NCBI RefSeq assembly: GCF_018350175.1
Contig: NC_058368.1
Coordinates: 155,498,001 to 155,562,000, forward strand
Direction: 5' to 3'
Length of the DNA stretch: 64,000 nt
From: Felis catus
Lineage: Eukaryota
Of the stretch, positions 36,367 through 47,606 are shown one piece after another (the stretch's first letter is position 1; each line of letters begins with the position of its first letter). A program made the translations under genes and the position numbers. The notes beneath the pieces are model-generated. The model saw nothing but the letters and a program-made list of their open reading frames with translations. It was not told the origin of the DNA and did no database searches.

Positions 36367-36640
36367 TAAAAAGGATCTGGCTCTGTTAGGTAATGTCATC
36401 TAGTTGCTGATGTTGGTCATGAAAGCTCCCTGTTACCTTACAACGGACACTGACGGCTTCTGGAGTGTCAGTGATGCTCCTAACACTGTAATTTCTTTTC
36501 ATTCTAGTTAGTAATATAGAAATAGACTATTTTTGTTACCTTCAGCCTTTAAGTCTAGAGTCACCCTCATGCTGCCTGGTAATACACTTTAATTTCCTTA
36601 CCACTTCTCTCCCCCAAAGCATTTCCTCTCTGAATATCTT

Positions 36641-36642
<2 letters not shown>

Positions 36643-36684
<42 letters not shown>
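36643..36684 (+). repeat. (AC)21 microsatellite
   Basis: Read directly from the sequence. Confidence 0.95.
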
Positions 36685-36685
<1 letters not shown>

Positions 36686-36792
36686 AAAAACCCCACAAAA
36701 ACCCAGGATGCAACTGCTTTTTACATGGCAAGAATCTTTAAAGGATTCTGAATTATTTACACAACAGCATTAATGCATAAAGAATAGCATCT

Positions 36793-37008
36793 TGGGTGTC
36801 TGGGTGGCTCAATTGGTTAAGCGTCCAACTCTTGATCTTGTCTCAAGTCATGAAGTCACGGTTTGTGAGTTTGAGCCCTGCATCCAGCTCTGCGCTGAGA
36901 GCACGGGCCTGTTTGGGATTCAGTCTTTTGCTCTCTCTGCCCCTTCCCCACTTGCTCTCTCTCTCTCTCTCTCTCTCTCTCAAACTAAATAAATAAACTT
37001 TGAAAAAA
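36793..37008 (+). mobile_element. Can-SINE
   Basis: gggtgtctgggtggctcaattggttaagc...(CT)n..aaataaataaa. Confidence 0.9.
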
Positions 37009-39139
37009 TTAACATCTTTCATTAAGATAAAGATGCACTGATTTTTAACTAAATACATATATTCACAAATATGTCATGTAAACACAGTAAATTCCTACTA
37101 TGGACTAGTTTAGAAAATGACATGAAAACATATTAGAGAGGACTGATTACTTCAAATACCACATAATATTTCAGATTATCAGGATAGGGAGAATTCATGA
37201 GCACTAAATTAAGTTCCACTAGGGACTAATTGACAATAAAGACTGAACAGAACCAGATATGGCTAAATTACTAGAAACAGTTATGAAAATTATTTACAGT
37301 TGTAATCCTTACTGCATTTATACTGAAACTTTAATTTCCTTACCAGTTCTCTCCCCCAAAGCATTTCCTATCTGAACATCTTAAACACACACACACCCCA
37401 AAAAACCCACACAAAAAATTCAAAACTCTAACTGGGTGTTCCATATAGATTTTTCTGCAACTGTCCAGAAGACTTTTAGGCTAAAATCTTTCATTATTGG
37501 TTAAGGAATTTTTTTTTCTGGGATTACTTCTGGGTTTGTAAAAATTTTCAGTTCAGGTTTGAGATGTTGTAATGGATGGAAAAGTATATTTTATATGTAT
37601 TACAAAATTTGGCAAGTACATATTATTCCCACTTCTTTGTTTTGTATACTGGCTCTAGGTAACCTTATATGTTTAATTATAAAACCATAAAGTTCCTCCC
37701 CCCTCCCAAGGATTTTAAAATCGGTGAGAATTATTACTTGGATCTTGTTAAAGTAGCAATGGATAGGAATTATTTCCCAAAGAATCTCAAATATATCCTT
37801 TGGGTATCACTGATAGATGGATAGATTCTATTATTTTATTTCTATTCCATAGACAAAATTTAAAAAGTCACACTAATGGGAAAGCTCTGAATCCACTTAC
37901 AAGGTTAATTAAGGTGGAGAACATGCACAGTAAAAAAGGAAGATGTTGATTATTGAAAATAAGATGTCTTTAGTCAATTTCAATGCTTTTGGGTCAAAAA
38001 TTCATACCCATTAGTAGAAAAATTTCTTTGAAAACTTTCCTCAAAGAAATTGCAAATGAAGGAAAACCTACATTATCAAGACAAAAGTACTTTAGGAGTC
38101 CCAATAATAATAAAGAATGTTATAACCCATATACTAGAAAAAACATTATTTACACATTTACAAATTGTGAAAAGGGGGGCTCAAAGTTATACACCTTTAC
38201 GGTGATTTAATAGTGAAAAAAATAATATCATATTAAGTAAGAAAACAGTAGTAAATTACTTTTGCTTGTTTAATAGTTATTTATTCATATCTGTTCTTGA
38301 AAAAAGCATCTGAGATGACTTGTATATATATTATAGTAGGATAAAAGAAAAAGGGGTAAAGAAAAAAAAGAGAAGAAATAGGACAATGGCAGGGATAAAG
38401 TAAGATTAATATATAAACTTGACTAATACAAGACCTGTACAATTGCCCAATTGCTGGATGATGGCCAAAATTTGAGCTTTCTATTAACAAATACAAAGAT
38501 GATTATACAACTGATTATGATGCACTGTATCTGGGTGGTAAAAGCAAACTAGCCATGGAGAACAGCTGTTTTTCATACTTGTATCCTTAGTGTGGTCTTA
38601 TGATACAACACCAAAGAGCAATTTGGGAGAGTTAGCTCTGAGGGCATCAAAATAATGTGTTTCAGGTGACCTGATAGTCTGTAAGTAGTGTGGCTTGTTT
38701 GAGAAAAATTAAGCACGTCTAAAGGAATGGAAGGACTGTATCTCCTTCACACAACTTTATTTATTTTTTTAGATAGCTGAATTATTTTTATTTTTTCCCA
38801 TAACAGAAAATCTGAGGTTACAGTCTCTGGCAAGAACTTGAGTGACATTATTTTTGGTATTCTCGGGCCATCAACATGCTTTAATATCTACTCCAGAGTT
38901 TATGAAGCCCAACAAGGATATGTGCATGAATAGATGATTCCTCTACCTATAAAAAGGGGGTGTTAAGGAAGCTCTGGTGGGGAGGAAGAGCCAAGATTTG
39001 CTCAAAAAAAATAGTTTTGACTTCATTTCAATAGATGAATAAATAGTTATAGAGGTCCTATATTGGACAGCATGTCTGTAAAACTTTCAGCCTAGGTATT
39101 ACTCTCGCCACTAATCATTACTAATAAGTAGCCCATAGA

Positions 39140-39245
39140 GATGTACTCTAGCTGGCTCAGTCAGTGGAACATGTGAGTCCTGATTTCAGGGTCATGAGTT
39201 CAAGCCCCATGTTGGCCCTAGCATTTACTTAAAAAAAAAAAAAAA
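39140..39245 (+). mobile_element. short tRNA-like Can-SINE (no CT tract)
   Basis: gctggctcagtcagtggaacatg..gagttcaagccccatgttgg..polyA; TSD agcccataga at 39130-39139 and 39246-39255. Confidence 0.85.
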
Positions 39246-39364
39246 AGCCCATAGAATGTGGAGAATTTTAAAAATTCAATTTTGAGCTAGTAGATTTAAA
39301 GTTGTGATATGGTTGTAATGTGTGCTCCTGGTAATTATTATCATCATGAAGAAATAAACATTAA

Positions 39365-39885
39365 AATTAACTGAGTATCTCCTGTGTTCCTGGCATGGCA
39401 CGAAACACCTTATCACACTGATAATTCATGTAAACCTGAATAATTTTACAGACGAGGTAGTATTGTCCTCATTTCGCTGATGAAAAAACTGAAGTCTGGG
39501 GGCACCTAGGGGGCTCAGTCGGTTAAGCACCCAACTTTGGCTCAGGTCATGATCTCACAGCGTGTGGGTTTCAGTCCTGCATCAGGCTCTGTGCTGACAA
39601 GCTCAGAGCCTAGACCCTGCTTCAGATCCTGTGTCTCCCTCTCTCTTTGCCCCTCCCCTACTCACGCTCTGTCTCCCTCTCTCTCTCAAAAATAAATAAA
39701 CATTAAAAAAAACCAAACTGAAGTCTGAAGAGGTTACGGAACTTTGTAAAGGTCAGAGTGCTAGGAAATACGAACATAAGCTCTGTGAAAGCAGGGACTT
39801 TGTTTTGCTCACCCTTTATTCCTGTTGCGTAGGGCAGTGCCTGACACATAAAGCCTCCTTTCTGATAAATATTTGTTGAAATAGC
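39365..39885. mobile_element. MIR remnant (split by a SINE) followed by an L2 3' end
   Basis: gaggtagtattgtcctcatttcgctgatgaaaaaactgaagtctg..aagaggtta is MIR core; cagtgcctgacacata..ataaatatttgttgaa is an L2 terminus. Confidence 0.65.
39499..39714 (+). mobile_element. Can-SINE with TSD, inside the MIR
   Basis: TSD aaactgaagtctg at 39486-39498 and 39715-39727. Confidence 0.93.
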
Positions 39886-40172
39886 AGAGTCCAAATGCCA
39901 GACTATTAAACTCTACAATACAGGGCTACTAGGATATAAGCCCATATATGGTTTCAGTTTAAGGTAGTTGATTGCTTACTTCTTTCTTAAAGTAAAGAGA
40001 CCTACTGTGTTGACTTCTTGTTTTGGTAAGTCAAGTTGGAAAATGATAGCTGTCCTTGGCATGCCAATGTAGACTTTTAGAAGACATTTTGGTGCATTCA
40101 AGATTCTTTTTCCCATTTTCATATTCTTTTCTAGAGCTGGTAAGCTTAACTAGATCAAAGAATGGTTTTAAA

Positions 40173-41107
40173 CTTATAAAAAGTTTTTTTTAATGTTTAT
40201 TTTTTAAAAATTTTTACATGATTTTTATTTTTTAAATTTTTAAATTTTTTTTAAATTTAATTTTTATTTTTTTAAAATATAATTTATTGTCAAATTGGTT
40301 TCCATACAACACCCAGTGCTCATCCCAACAAGTGCCCTCCTCCCTGCCCATCACCCACTTTCCCCTCTCCCCCATCCCCCATCCAGATGGCCAACAGACA
40401 CATGAAAAGATGCCCAACGTCACTCATCATCAGGGAAATACAAATCAAAACTACAATGAGATATCATCTCACGCCGGTCAGAGTGGCTAAAATGAACAAA
40501 TCAGGAGACTATAGATGCTGGAGAGGATGTGGAGAAACGGGAACCCTCTGCACTGCTGGTGGGAATGCAAACTAGTGCAGCTGCTCTGGAAAACAGTGTG
40601 GAGGTTCCTCAAAAAATTAAAAATAGATCTACCCTATGACCCAGCAATAGCACTGCTAGGAATCTACCCAAAGGATACAGGAGTGCTGATGCATACGGGC
40701 ACATGAACCCCAATGTTTATAGCAGCACTTTCAACAATAGCCAAATTATGGAAAGAGCCTAAATGTCCATTAATTGACGAATGGATAAAGAAGATGTGGT
40801 TTATATATACAATGGAATACTACTTGGCAATGAGAAAGCAAGCAATCTGGCCATTTGCAGCAAAGTGGACGGAACTGGAGGGCATTATGCTAAGTGAAAT
40901 AAATGTTTATTTATTTTTAAGAGAGAGACAGAGAGAGAGAGAGACAGAGTGCCAGCAGGGGAGGGGCAGAGAGAGAGAGGGAGACACAGAATCCAAAGCA
41001 GGTTGCAGGCTCTGAGCTGTCAGCACAGAGGCTCATACTCACAAACTGTGAGATCATGACCTGAGCTGAAGGTGGACGCTTAACTGACTGAGCCACCCAG
41101 GTGCCCC
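40173..41107 (-). mobile_element. Can-SINE (body 40902-41107) whose tail is interrupted by an L1
   Basis: 18-bp TSD tcaaagaatggttttaaa at 40155-40172 and 41108-41125 brackets both the SINE and the L1. Confidence 0.9.
40203..40901 (-). mobile_element. 5'-inverted (twin-primed) young felid L1
   Basis: L1 3' end and tail on the minus strand (40203-40380) joined to a plus-oriented ORF2 C-terminal segment (40381-40901, MANRHMKRC...); TSD aatgtttattt at 40192-40202 and 40902-40912. Confidence 0.88.
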
Positions 41108-41472
41108 TCAAAGAATGGTTTTAAATACTAGATGATTCACTTAATTTTATAGCATAAATATTCTCTATATATTCACAATACAGACTGAATACAGGGGTCA
41201 GGAAAGTTCCCAATTAGCCTCTGTTGATCAAAGGGGAGTAAGATTGAAACATATGGATGCTCCAGCAAAAGAATAGCCCACACTGGAAAGCTCTTTTCTT
41301 ACTGGTAGGTAACCAGCATACCACAGTCAAAAAAGAATACAAACATTTATTGCATTCTCCTATTTAATTTTCATCAACTTTCCTTTCCTTGTTTTATTTC
41401 CTCATTAATTTAATCTTTTAAAGTCAGATGAAAACCTGCTGTAAGACTGAGTTTTCCTGGTTAGGTTTTTAA

Positions 41473-41703
41473 TTTTTTTTAATGTTTACTTATTTTTGAG
41501 AGAGATAGAGACAGAATGCGAGTGGGTTAGGGGCAGAGAGAGAGGGAGACACAGAATCGGAAGCAGGCTCCAGGCTCTGAGCTGTCAGCACAGAGCCTGA
41601 TGCGGGGCTCGAACTTACGAGCCGGGCTCGAACTCAGGAGCCGTGAGATCATGACCTGAGCCGAAGTCAGACGCTCAACCGACTGAGCCACCCAGGCTCC
41701 CCA
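41473..41703 (-). mobile_element. SINEC_Fc-type Can-SINE with an internal duplication
   Basis: TSD cctggttaggtttttaa at 41456-41472 and 41704-41720. Confidence 0.95.
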
Positions 41704-42429
41704 CCTGGTTAGGTTTTTAAAGGTGGGCATTAAACACCAAAGTTAGCATAGTAGCCATGTCAACAAATAAAATGATGACATATGCCACAATGATAGGGTA
41801 TGGAAGCAGTTAATTAAGTACAAAAAATCACTACTAATGTCATAGGTTAGCCTGATACTTTTAAGAAATCTGTGTATCCATTCTCTTTTTACATCCATGT
41901 CATTATCTTTTTTCTTTTTTTTTTTTTTTGTTAAAAAAGCACCTTGAACATGTCTTGACTGAGGCAAGGTGAGCATATGCTCTCAGCTACTATGGATAGC
42001 AATCTTTCAAAAACCATAAATGCAAACCTATTGGAAAAAAAGCCTCAAGGTCAATGCTTCTAATTTTAGGTAGCCAAATCAATAGGTCACTTCCCAAACA
42101 TGAGGTTTCTGTATCAGTATTTTCAAAAAGAATAGTTTTTCCCCAACATAACGCAAAAAACTTGTTATAGGCTTACAAATTTTTCCGAATGTTGTAAAAG
42201 AAATCTTATAATAGAAAGCAACATTTTCTCTTTTATATAATTCATGTGTCTTCCTCACATGAAAGAACAGCCAAAAGGATGAAGGGCACTATGGCTTCAG
42301 TGAAATATGCTGAATTGTAAAAATCTTGATTGTCATCTTTAAAGGGGAAATAGTAAAAATGTAAAAATCTGGGATGATACGATCTGCAAGACACTGAAAT
42401 GTAGTATCTATAATAATTGCTAGAGAATA

Positions 42430-42603
42430 TTTTTTGAAAATTTCTTTAATGTTTATTTAATTTTGAGGGAGAGAGTGTGTGTGAACAGGGAGGGGCAGAG
42501 AGAGAGGGAGACAGAGCCCGACATGGGCTCGAACTTACGAACTGTGAGATCATGACCTGAGCTGAAGTCAGGCTCTTAACCAACTGAGCCACCCAGGTGC
42601 CCC
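42430..42603 (-). mobile_element. Can-SINE, internally deleted
   Basis: aatgtttattt..ggggcagagagagaggg..gggctcgaac..gagccacccaggtgcccc. Confidence 0.9.
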
Positions 42604-42643
42604 AACCACCTTGTTTTATAATATATATGTGCATGTATGTATG

Positions 42644-42645
42644 TA

Positions 42646-42709
<64 letters not shown>

Positions 42710-42711
42710 TA
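42644..42711. repeat. compound microsatellite TA(TG)6(TA)20(CA)6TA
   Basis: Read directly from the sequence; forms a 68-bp perfect palindrome. Confidence 0.9.
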
Positions 42712-44139
42712 TATAAGACATCTGTTGTATAAAAAAAAGAGAAACCAAAAACTAAGTGATGTCAGATTTAATATCCTATTAAAACTATTTTAAAATTATC
42801 TTTATGAAGAAAATAAGTGTGAAGTTTTTGGATTATCAGCCAGTTGTGATATCCAAAAAATATATGTATTTTTCAGAGAGCAAAGGCAATACATTCAAAG
42901 CTAAAAGTTTAACTAATCTTAGGCAGTCCAGAACGAATAAGGAATTTGGTACATTTTAGTGATTTGTTCCACCCATTTGCCGATTATAAATTCCAGCTAA
43001 AACCTTATGAGTCTGCGAAGAGTGTGTGAAATTTTGGGAGTGATATTTGCTTTAATTTTAAACTTGTATTTTGTAGTTGTAAGTCAACATACCATATTTA
43101 CTTTATAATTGACAATACTTCATGCTTTATTTCAGATTTACATTGGACCTATATATAACAGTTTCAAGTTTTATGACCACAGAGAAAATATCCAACTTAC
43201 TTGAAAAAGTGAATTATCTTACAAATTAAAATTATAATTAAAGAAAGCAGTTCTAGAAAAAAAAATCATGAAAATATGTTGGTATTCATAACTCTGGACT
43301 TAAAAAATTCTTTTCTCATAGTTCAGATAGCCTTGTGGACACTAATGTTAGTCCCTAATTACAAATTTAAAAAGAGTATTATGTACTTAAAACTTATCAA
43401 ATTTTATAATAAGACAAATAAGATGTACCATTATGAAGTACTAATAACTCTTCACTTTAAAAAATTACCCCTAAAGTGACTGGAATAATCTTACAAGGCA
43501 AGTTAAAACTTTTAGATTAAAACTACTTTAGATCTTCACAAGAGGAAAAATGAGAATCTTCATACTTTTTAATCTACACAGCCATAGTTATTCTTGTATT
43601 ATTCAATAACCTATCAAAAAAAAAAAAAAAGAAAGAAAAGAAGAAAAAAAGAAAAAGTCTTGTTTTTTAATGAAGTCTCTGGTTAAACCATTTAAATGGT
43701 GAAGTTTTAGGCCCCAGAGCAAGACTATACAAATTTAAAACAGCTAGAAATGTTGACAGATGCTTAATTATAGTCTTACATATGGTGGAAAACATATACA
43801 ATTTGAGAGGATATTTTTATGAACAATTACCATTTAAAATAACTTTGGAAATAAAAATCATTTGTAACTATGTCATTCTTAATAAAAATCGTTCTGTTCA
43901 GTCAGTGTTTTTTCTATAATTTCTACTTAAGTTCATCACAATTTTTGCAAGTAAATTCAAGCATGAAGATTTTCTTTTGGTTAGCATTTCAAGTTCCAAA
44001 TTTTCTTTTCATAAAAGAAAAATATCATAAAATTTAGTGTGATAAATTATGTATAGTGATGTGATTCTCATGTTTCAGATTGAGAAACGAAAAGCATTCA
44101 GTCGAATGTATCTTAAGAAAATAAACCCAGAAGTATTAA

Positions 44140-44530
44140 ATTTAAAAATAAATTTTATTTTCAAAATAATTTCAAACTCACAAAAAGTTGCAAAAATAAT
44201 ACAGCTGACTCCTATATATCTCTAACCCAGATTCCCAGTTTTTAAAAATACTTGTCACATTTGTTTTGTTATTTACTCTTTCATTTTGTGTGCATACTTA
44301 TATATGCATGTATACAAATACTATTTTTTTCTGAACTTTAAGCTATTTGCAAATATCATGCCCTTTAGTATGTATTTCCTACCAACAATGAAATTCTGTT
44401 ATGTAACCACACTTACCAAATTCAGGTTTCACAATGACAGATACTTTTCCTCTGCCATGTGGATGCCAATTTTGCCAGGTGTCCATTAGGCATTTTTTTC
44501 TGTCAAGTACAGAGTCCAGTCCCAGATCAC
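44140..44530 (-). mobile_element. old L1 (L1MC/MD-like) 3' end
   Basis: ttttattttcaaaataatttcaaactcacaaaaagttgcaaaaataatacag..acccagattc. Confidence 0.65.
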
Positions 44531-46586
44531 ATAGTGAAGACTATGAAGATTCGATAAATATTTCCTTTAATTTTTATCCATTTTTATTTTTTATTACTTT
44601 TTATTTCCATCCATATTTATGGATGTTTAAAAAGATAGTTTCATTTGGCTTCAATCTGAAACTTCAGAATGACAACACTAATTCTATCTCAGTTCTATGA
44701 CAGTTTTAGTCAATTATCTGCATAAAAACATAAGAATATGATTAAAATATTCCTGGTTAAGGTTATATGTCTACCAGTGAATAACAAATATCCATTTGAC
44801 TCTATTTGATAAAGAAGCTTGCAATTCAGAAAGAAGAAAATTCCTGACTATTTCAATGCATGCCTTCCTGGCATTTTCTTGTTAGCTCTTGGAAGGTTAC
44901 TGAATTAAAATTTAAAATAAGTCAAGTATTCTATTTGATAGAAATTCTAGTAAAATATTTATTTGAATGAGAGGAGACTGAAATTAGTGACTAAGTCAAG
45001 TTTCTCAAAAATTTGAGGCTTATATTCAACTATGACAATTTCACTCCACGTGCATTAGAAAATATAGAAATAACTGCATATATTGTTGCTGATGGCTTAG
45101 AAATAGTCTACACAGCTGAAATGAGGGACTTAAAATTTAAGATCTATTTCTGGTTACTCTATCAATATGCATGAAATTCTAGATAAGCCATTTAACTTTG
45201 ATTTGTCCCAATTTGTCTATTCCTAAAAGCAGAAAAAGTATTGTTTACCATACAGATATACTACTAGGATTTTAGATAGTTAATCTAGTGACATCATAGT
45301 ATGAAATGCATCAAAGATTACAAAGAGTCATGATAAATATTATAAAGACTAATGATAAGTAAACCATTTGCCTAGAAGAGCAAAGAAAGGATTTTACTAC
45401 GTAACCTATGTTTGTGGTAGGAAAAAGTAGTAAAAAGTAGAAAACACAAATAAGAAGAAAAAATGTAAATCACTAGTAACTCTACCAATCAGAAATAACA
45501 ACATAGAATATCTTATTTCAGACCTTTTTCTACACATAAACATATATGTTTGTTTACAAAATGCATTACTTTAATAATACAAAAACCATATTTCAATACA
45601 AATACATTAAAAACATAATATACTGGGGGTGCTTGTTCTAGTAATCAGTTGAACAACCAAAACCAAGTAGAAACTGAAGGAGATGAAAACATTCAAATAA
45701 GGGTTGTGCACTGGACAGCTCTTCATCTGAAAGAATTCTTTCTGCAAGGTACAGTGTGGTTAGAAACCAAGCAAAAGGCTGCACTTATTGGCTTGAAATG
45801 TCCAGAGATGGGGTTGGGGGAGGCTAAAGCAGCTGGAAACTAGGAAGGGAAATTCCTGAAAACAAACAAAAACAAACAGGAGCCAACCACAGAGGGAGAT
45901 GTTCCAAATCTGTATACAAATTGCTTTCAGTTTTTAGTTGAATTCTGAACTATCTTTGCAGAGAAAAGATTCCAAGGAGCTGGTAGAAGGCTACAACTGG
46001 AAAGCTGAAGATGATGAGCAGAGATTTAAGTTGCTGCACACCAAGAAAGAGACAAAGTTTAGAATCTGAGTCCTGTCAAATTAGAGAGGCTGGATAAACA
46101 CCTTGGTCTTTCCAATGAAACCCAGGAAAAGTAAAGATAATGTGCCAGGTCTAAGAGTTTACCCTAAAACTAAGGGAAAACTCACCATAACAAAGTTTAA
46201 AATCCCATCTGAACAAATTCAAGGTTATCTGCCAATAATTTAAATGCCCACTAAAAGAAACACAAACACTGAGATTCTCAGAAGAATATGACAGAATCCC
46301 AAACTCAACGACTCATCATCACAATGTGCACACATGATAAAAACTTACCAGATATGCAAAAAACAAAAACAAAAAACAAACAAAAAATGGAGAAAAATGT
46401 AATCCAGAGTGAAGGGGTGAACAAAAGAAGAAAGAGACTCAAAGATGACCCAGATATTGGAATATTGGAATTAGCAAGCCAAAACTTTAAAACAACTATT
46501 ATAAATATGTTCAAGAACTTAAAAGAAATGGCTAAAATGAGTGAAAGATATTTTAACAGACAAATCAAAACCTTAAAAAAAGCCAA

Positions 46587-46813
46587 GGGGTGTCTTGGTG
46601 GCTCAGTCAGTTAAGCGTACAACTCTTGATTTCCACTCAGGTCTCGAGATTTGTGAGTTTGAGCCCCAAGTTGGGTTCTGGACTCCATGCTGATAGTGCA
46701 GAGCCGCGTGGGATTTTCTCTCTCTCTCTCTGTCCCTCCCCCACTTGCACACTTGCTCGCGTGCATGTGTTCTCTCTCTCTCTCTCAAAATAAAATAAAT
46801 AAACTTAAAAAAA
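46587..46813 (+). mobile_element. Can-SINE in L1
   Basis: ggggtgtcttggtggctcagtcagttaagc...(CT)n..aaataaataaac. Confidence 0.9.
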
Positions 46814-46864
46814 ATACTAGAACTGTAAAGTACAATATCTGAAAGGAAAATCGGCTGGATGGCC

Positions 46865-46973
46865 TTTTTTTTTTTTTTTTTTTTTAAGTAGGCTCCACAG
46901 TGAACATGGATTTTAAACTCACGACCCTGAGGTCAAGAGTCACGTGCTGTACCAACTGAGCCAGCCAGGCGCC
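46865..46973 (-). mobile_element. short tRNA-like Can-SINE
   Basis: polyT..aagtaggctccac..accaactgagccagccaggcgcc. Confidence 0.85.
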
Positions 46974-47392
46974 TACCCCCCTGCCGGCCCCCCTACTGGT
47001 TGGACTTAATACCCAACTGGAGAAAGCAGAAGAAAGTTTCAGTGAACTTGAAAACCTATCAACAGGAATTATCCAAGCCGAAGAACAGAGGAAAAAAGAT
47101 TGGTAACAAAAAGGAAACAAAGCCTGAGTGACCTGTGAGACAACATAAAACCACTTAATTATGGTATAACTGGAGTCCCAGAGAAGAAGAAAAAATGAAT
47201 AAGGAAGCAAAAACATTTCAATTAATAATATGCATGAATCAAAAAAAATCCATGAATCCTACATTAGGTGAAAAACATTAATTTAAGAATCTAAGAAGTC
47301 CGGCAAATGTTGAACAGGACAGATACAAAGAAAAGCACACAGACACATCATAGTAGGAGTACTATAACCCAAAGATAAAGAAAAAAATCTTG

Positions 47393-47606
47393 GGGTACCC
47401 AGGTGGCTCAGTTAGTTAAGGGGCTGACTTTGGCTCACGTCATGATCTCACAGTTTGTGAATTCAAGCCCCCATGTCAGGCTCTGTGCTGACAGCTCAGA
47501 GCCTGGAGCCTGCTTCAGATTCTGTGTCTCCCTCTCCCTCTCTGCCCCTCCCCTGCTCACACTCTGTTTCTCATTCTCATAAATAAATAAACATTAAAAA
47601 AAAAAA
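47393..47606 (+). mobile_element. Can-SINE with TSD
   Basis: TSD aaagaaaaaaatcttg at 47377-47392 and 47607-47622. Confidence 0.93.

Noticed and set aside
39140..39245. tRNA gene (also 46865-46973 and 50639-50751)
   Set aside because: PolyA tails, TSDs and degenerate cloverleafs identify them as tRNA-derived SINEs.
43125..44135. Exon-like + strand segments after tttcag acceptors (43135 and 44079, IEKRKAFSRMYLKK)
   Set aside because: Wrong strand for FAM172A, weak donors and no recognisable protein; expected by chance in AT-rich intron.
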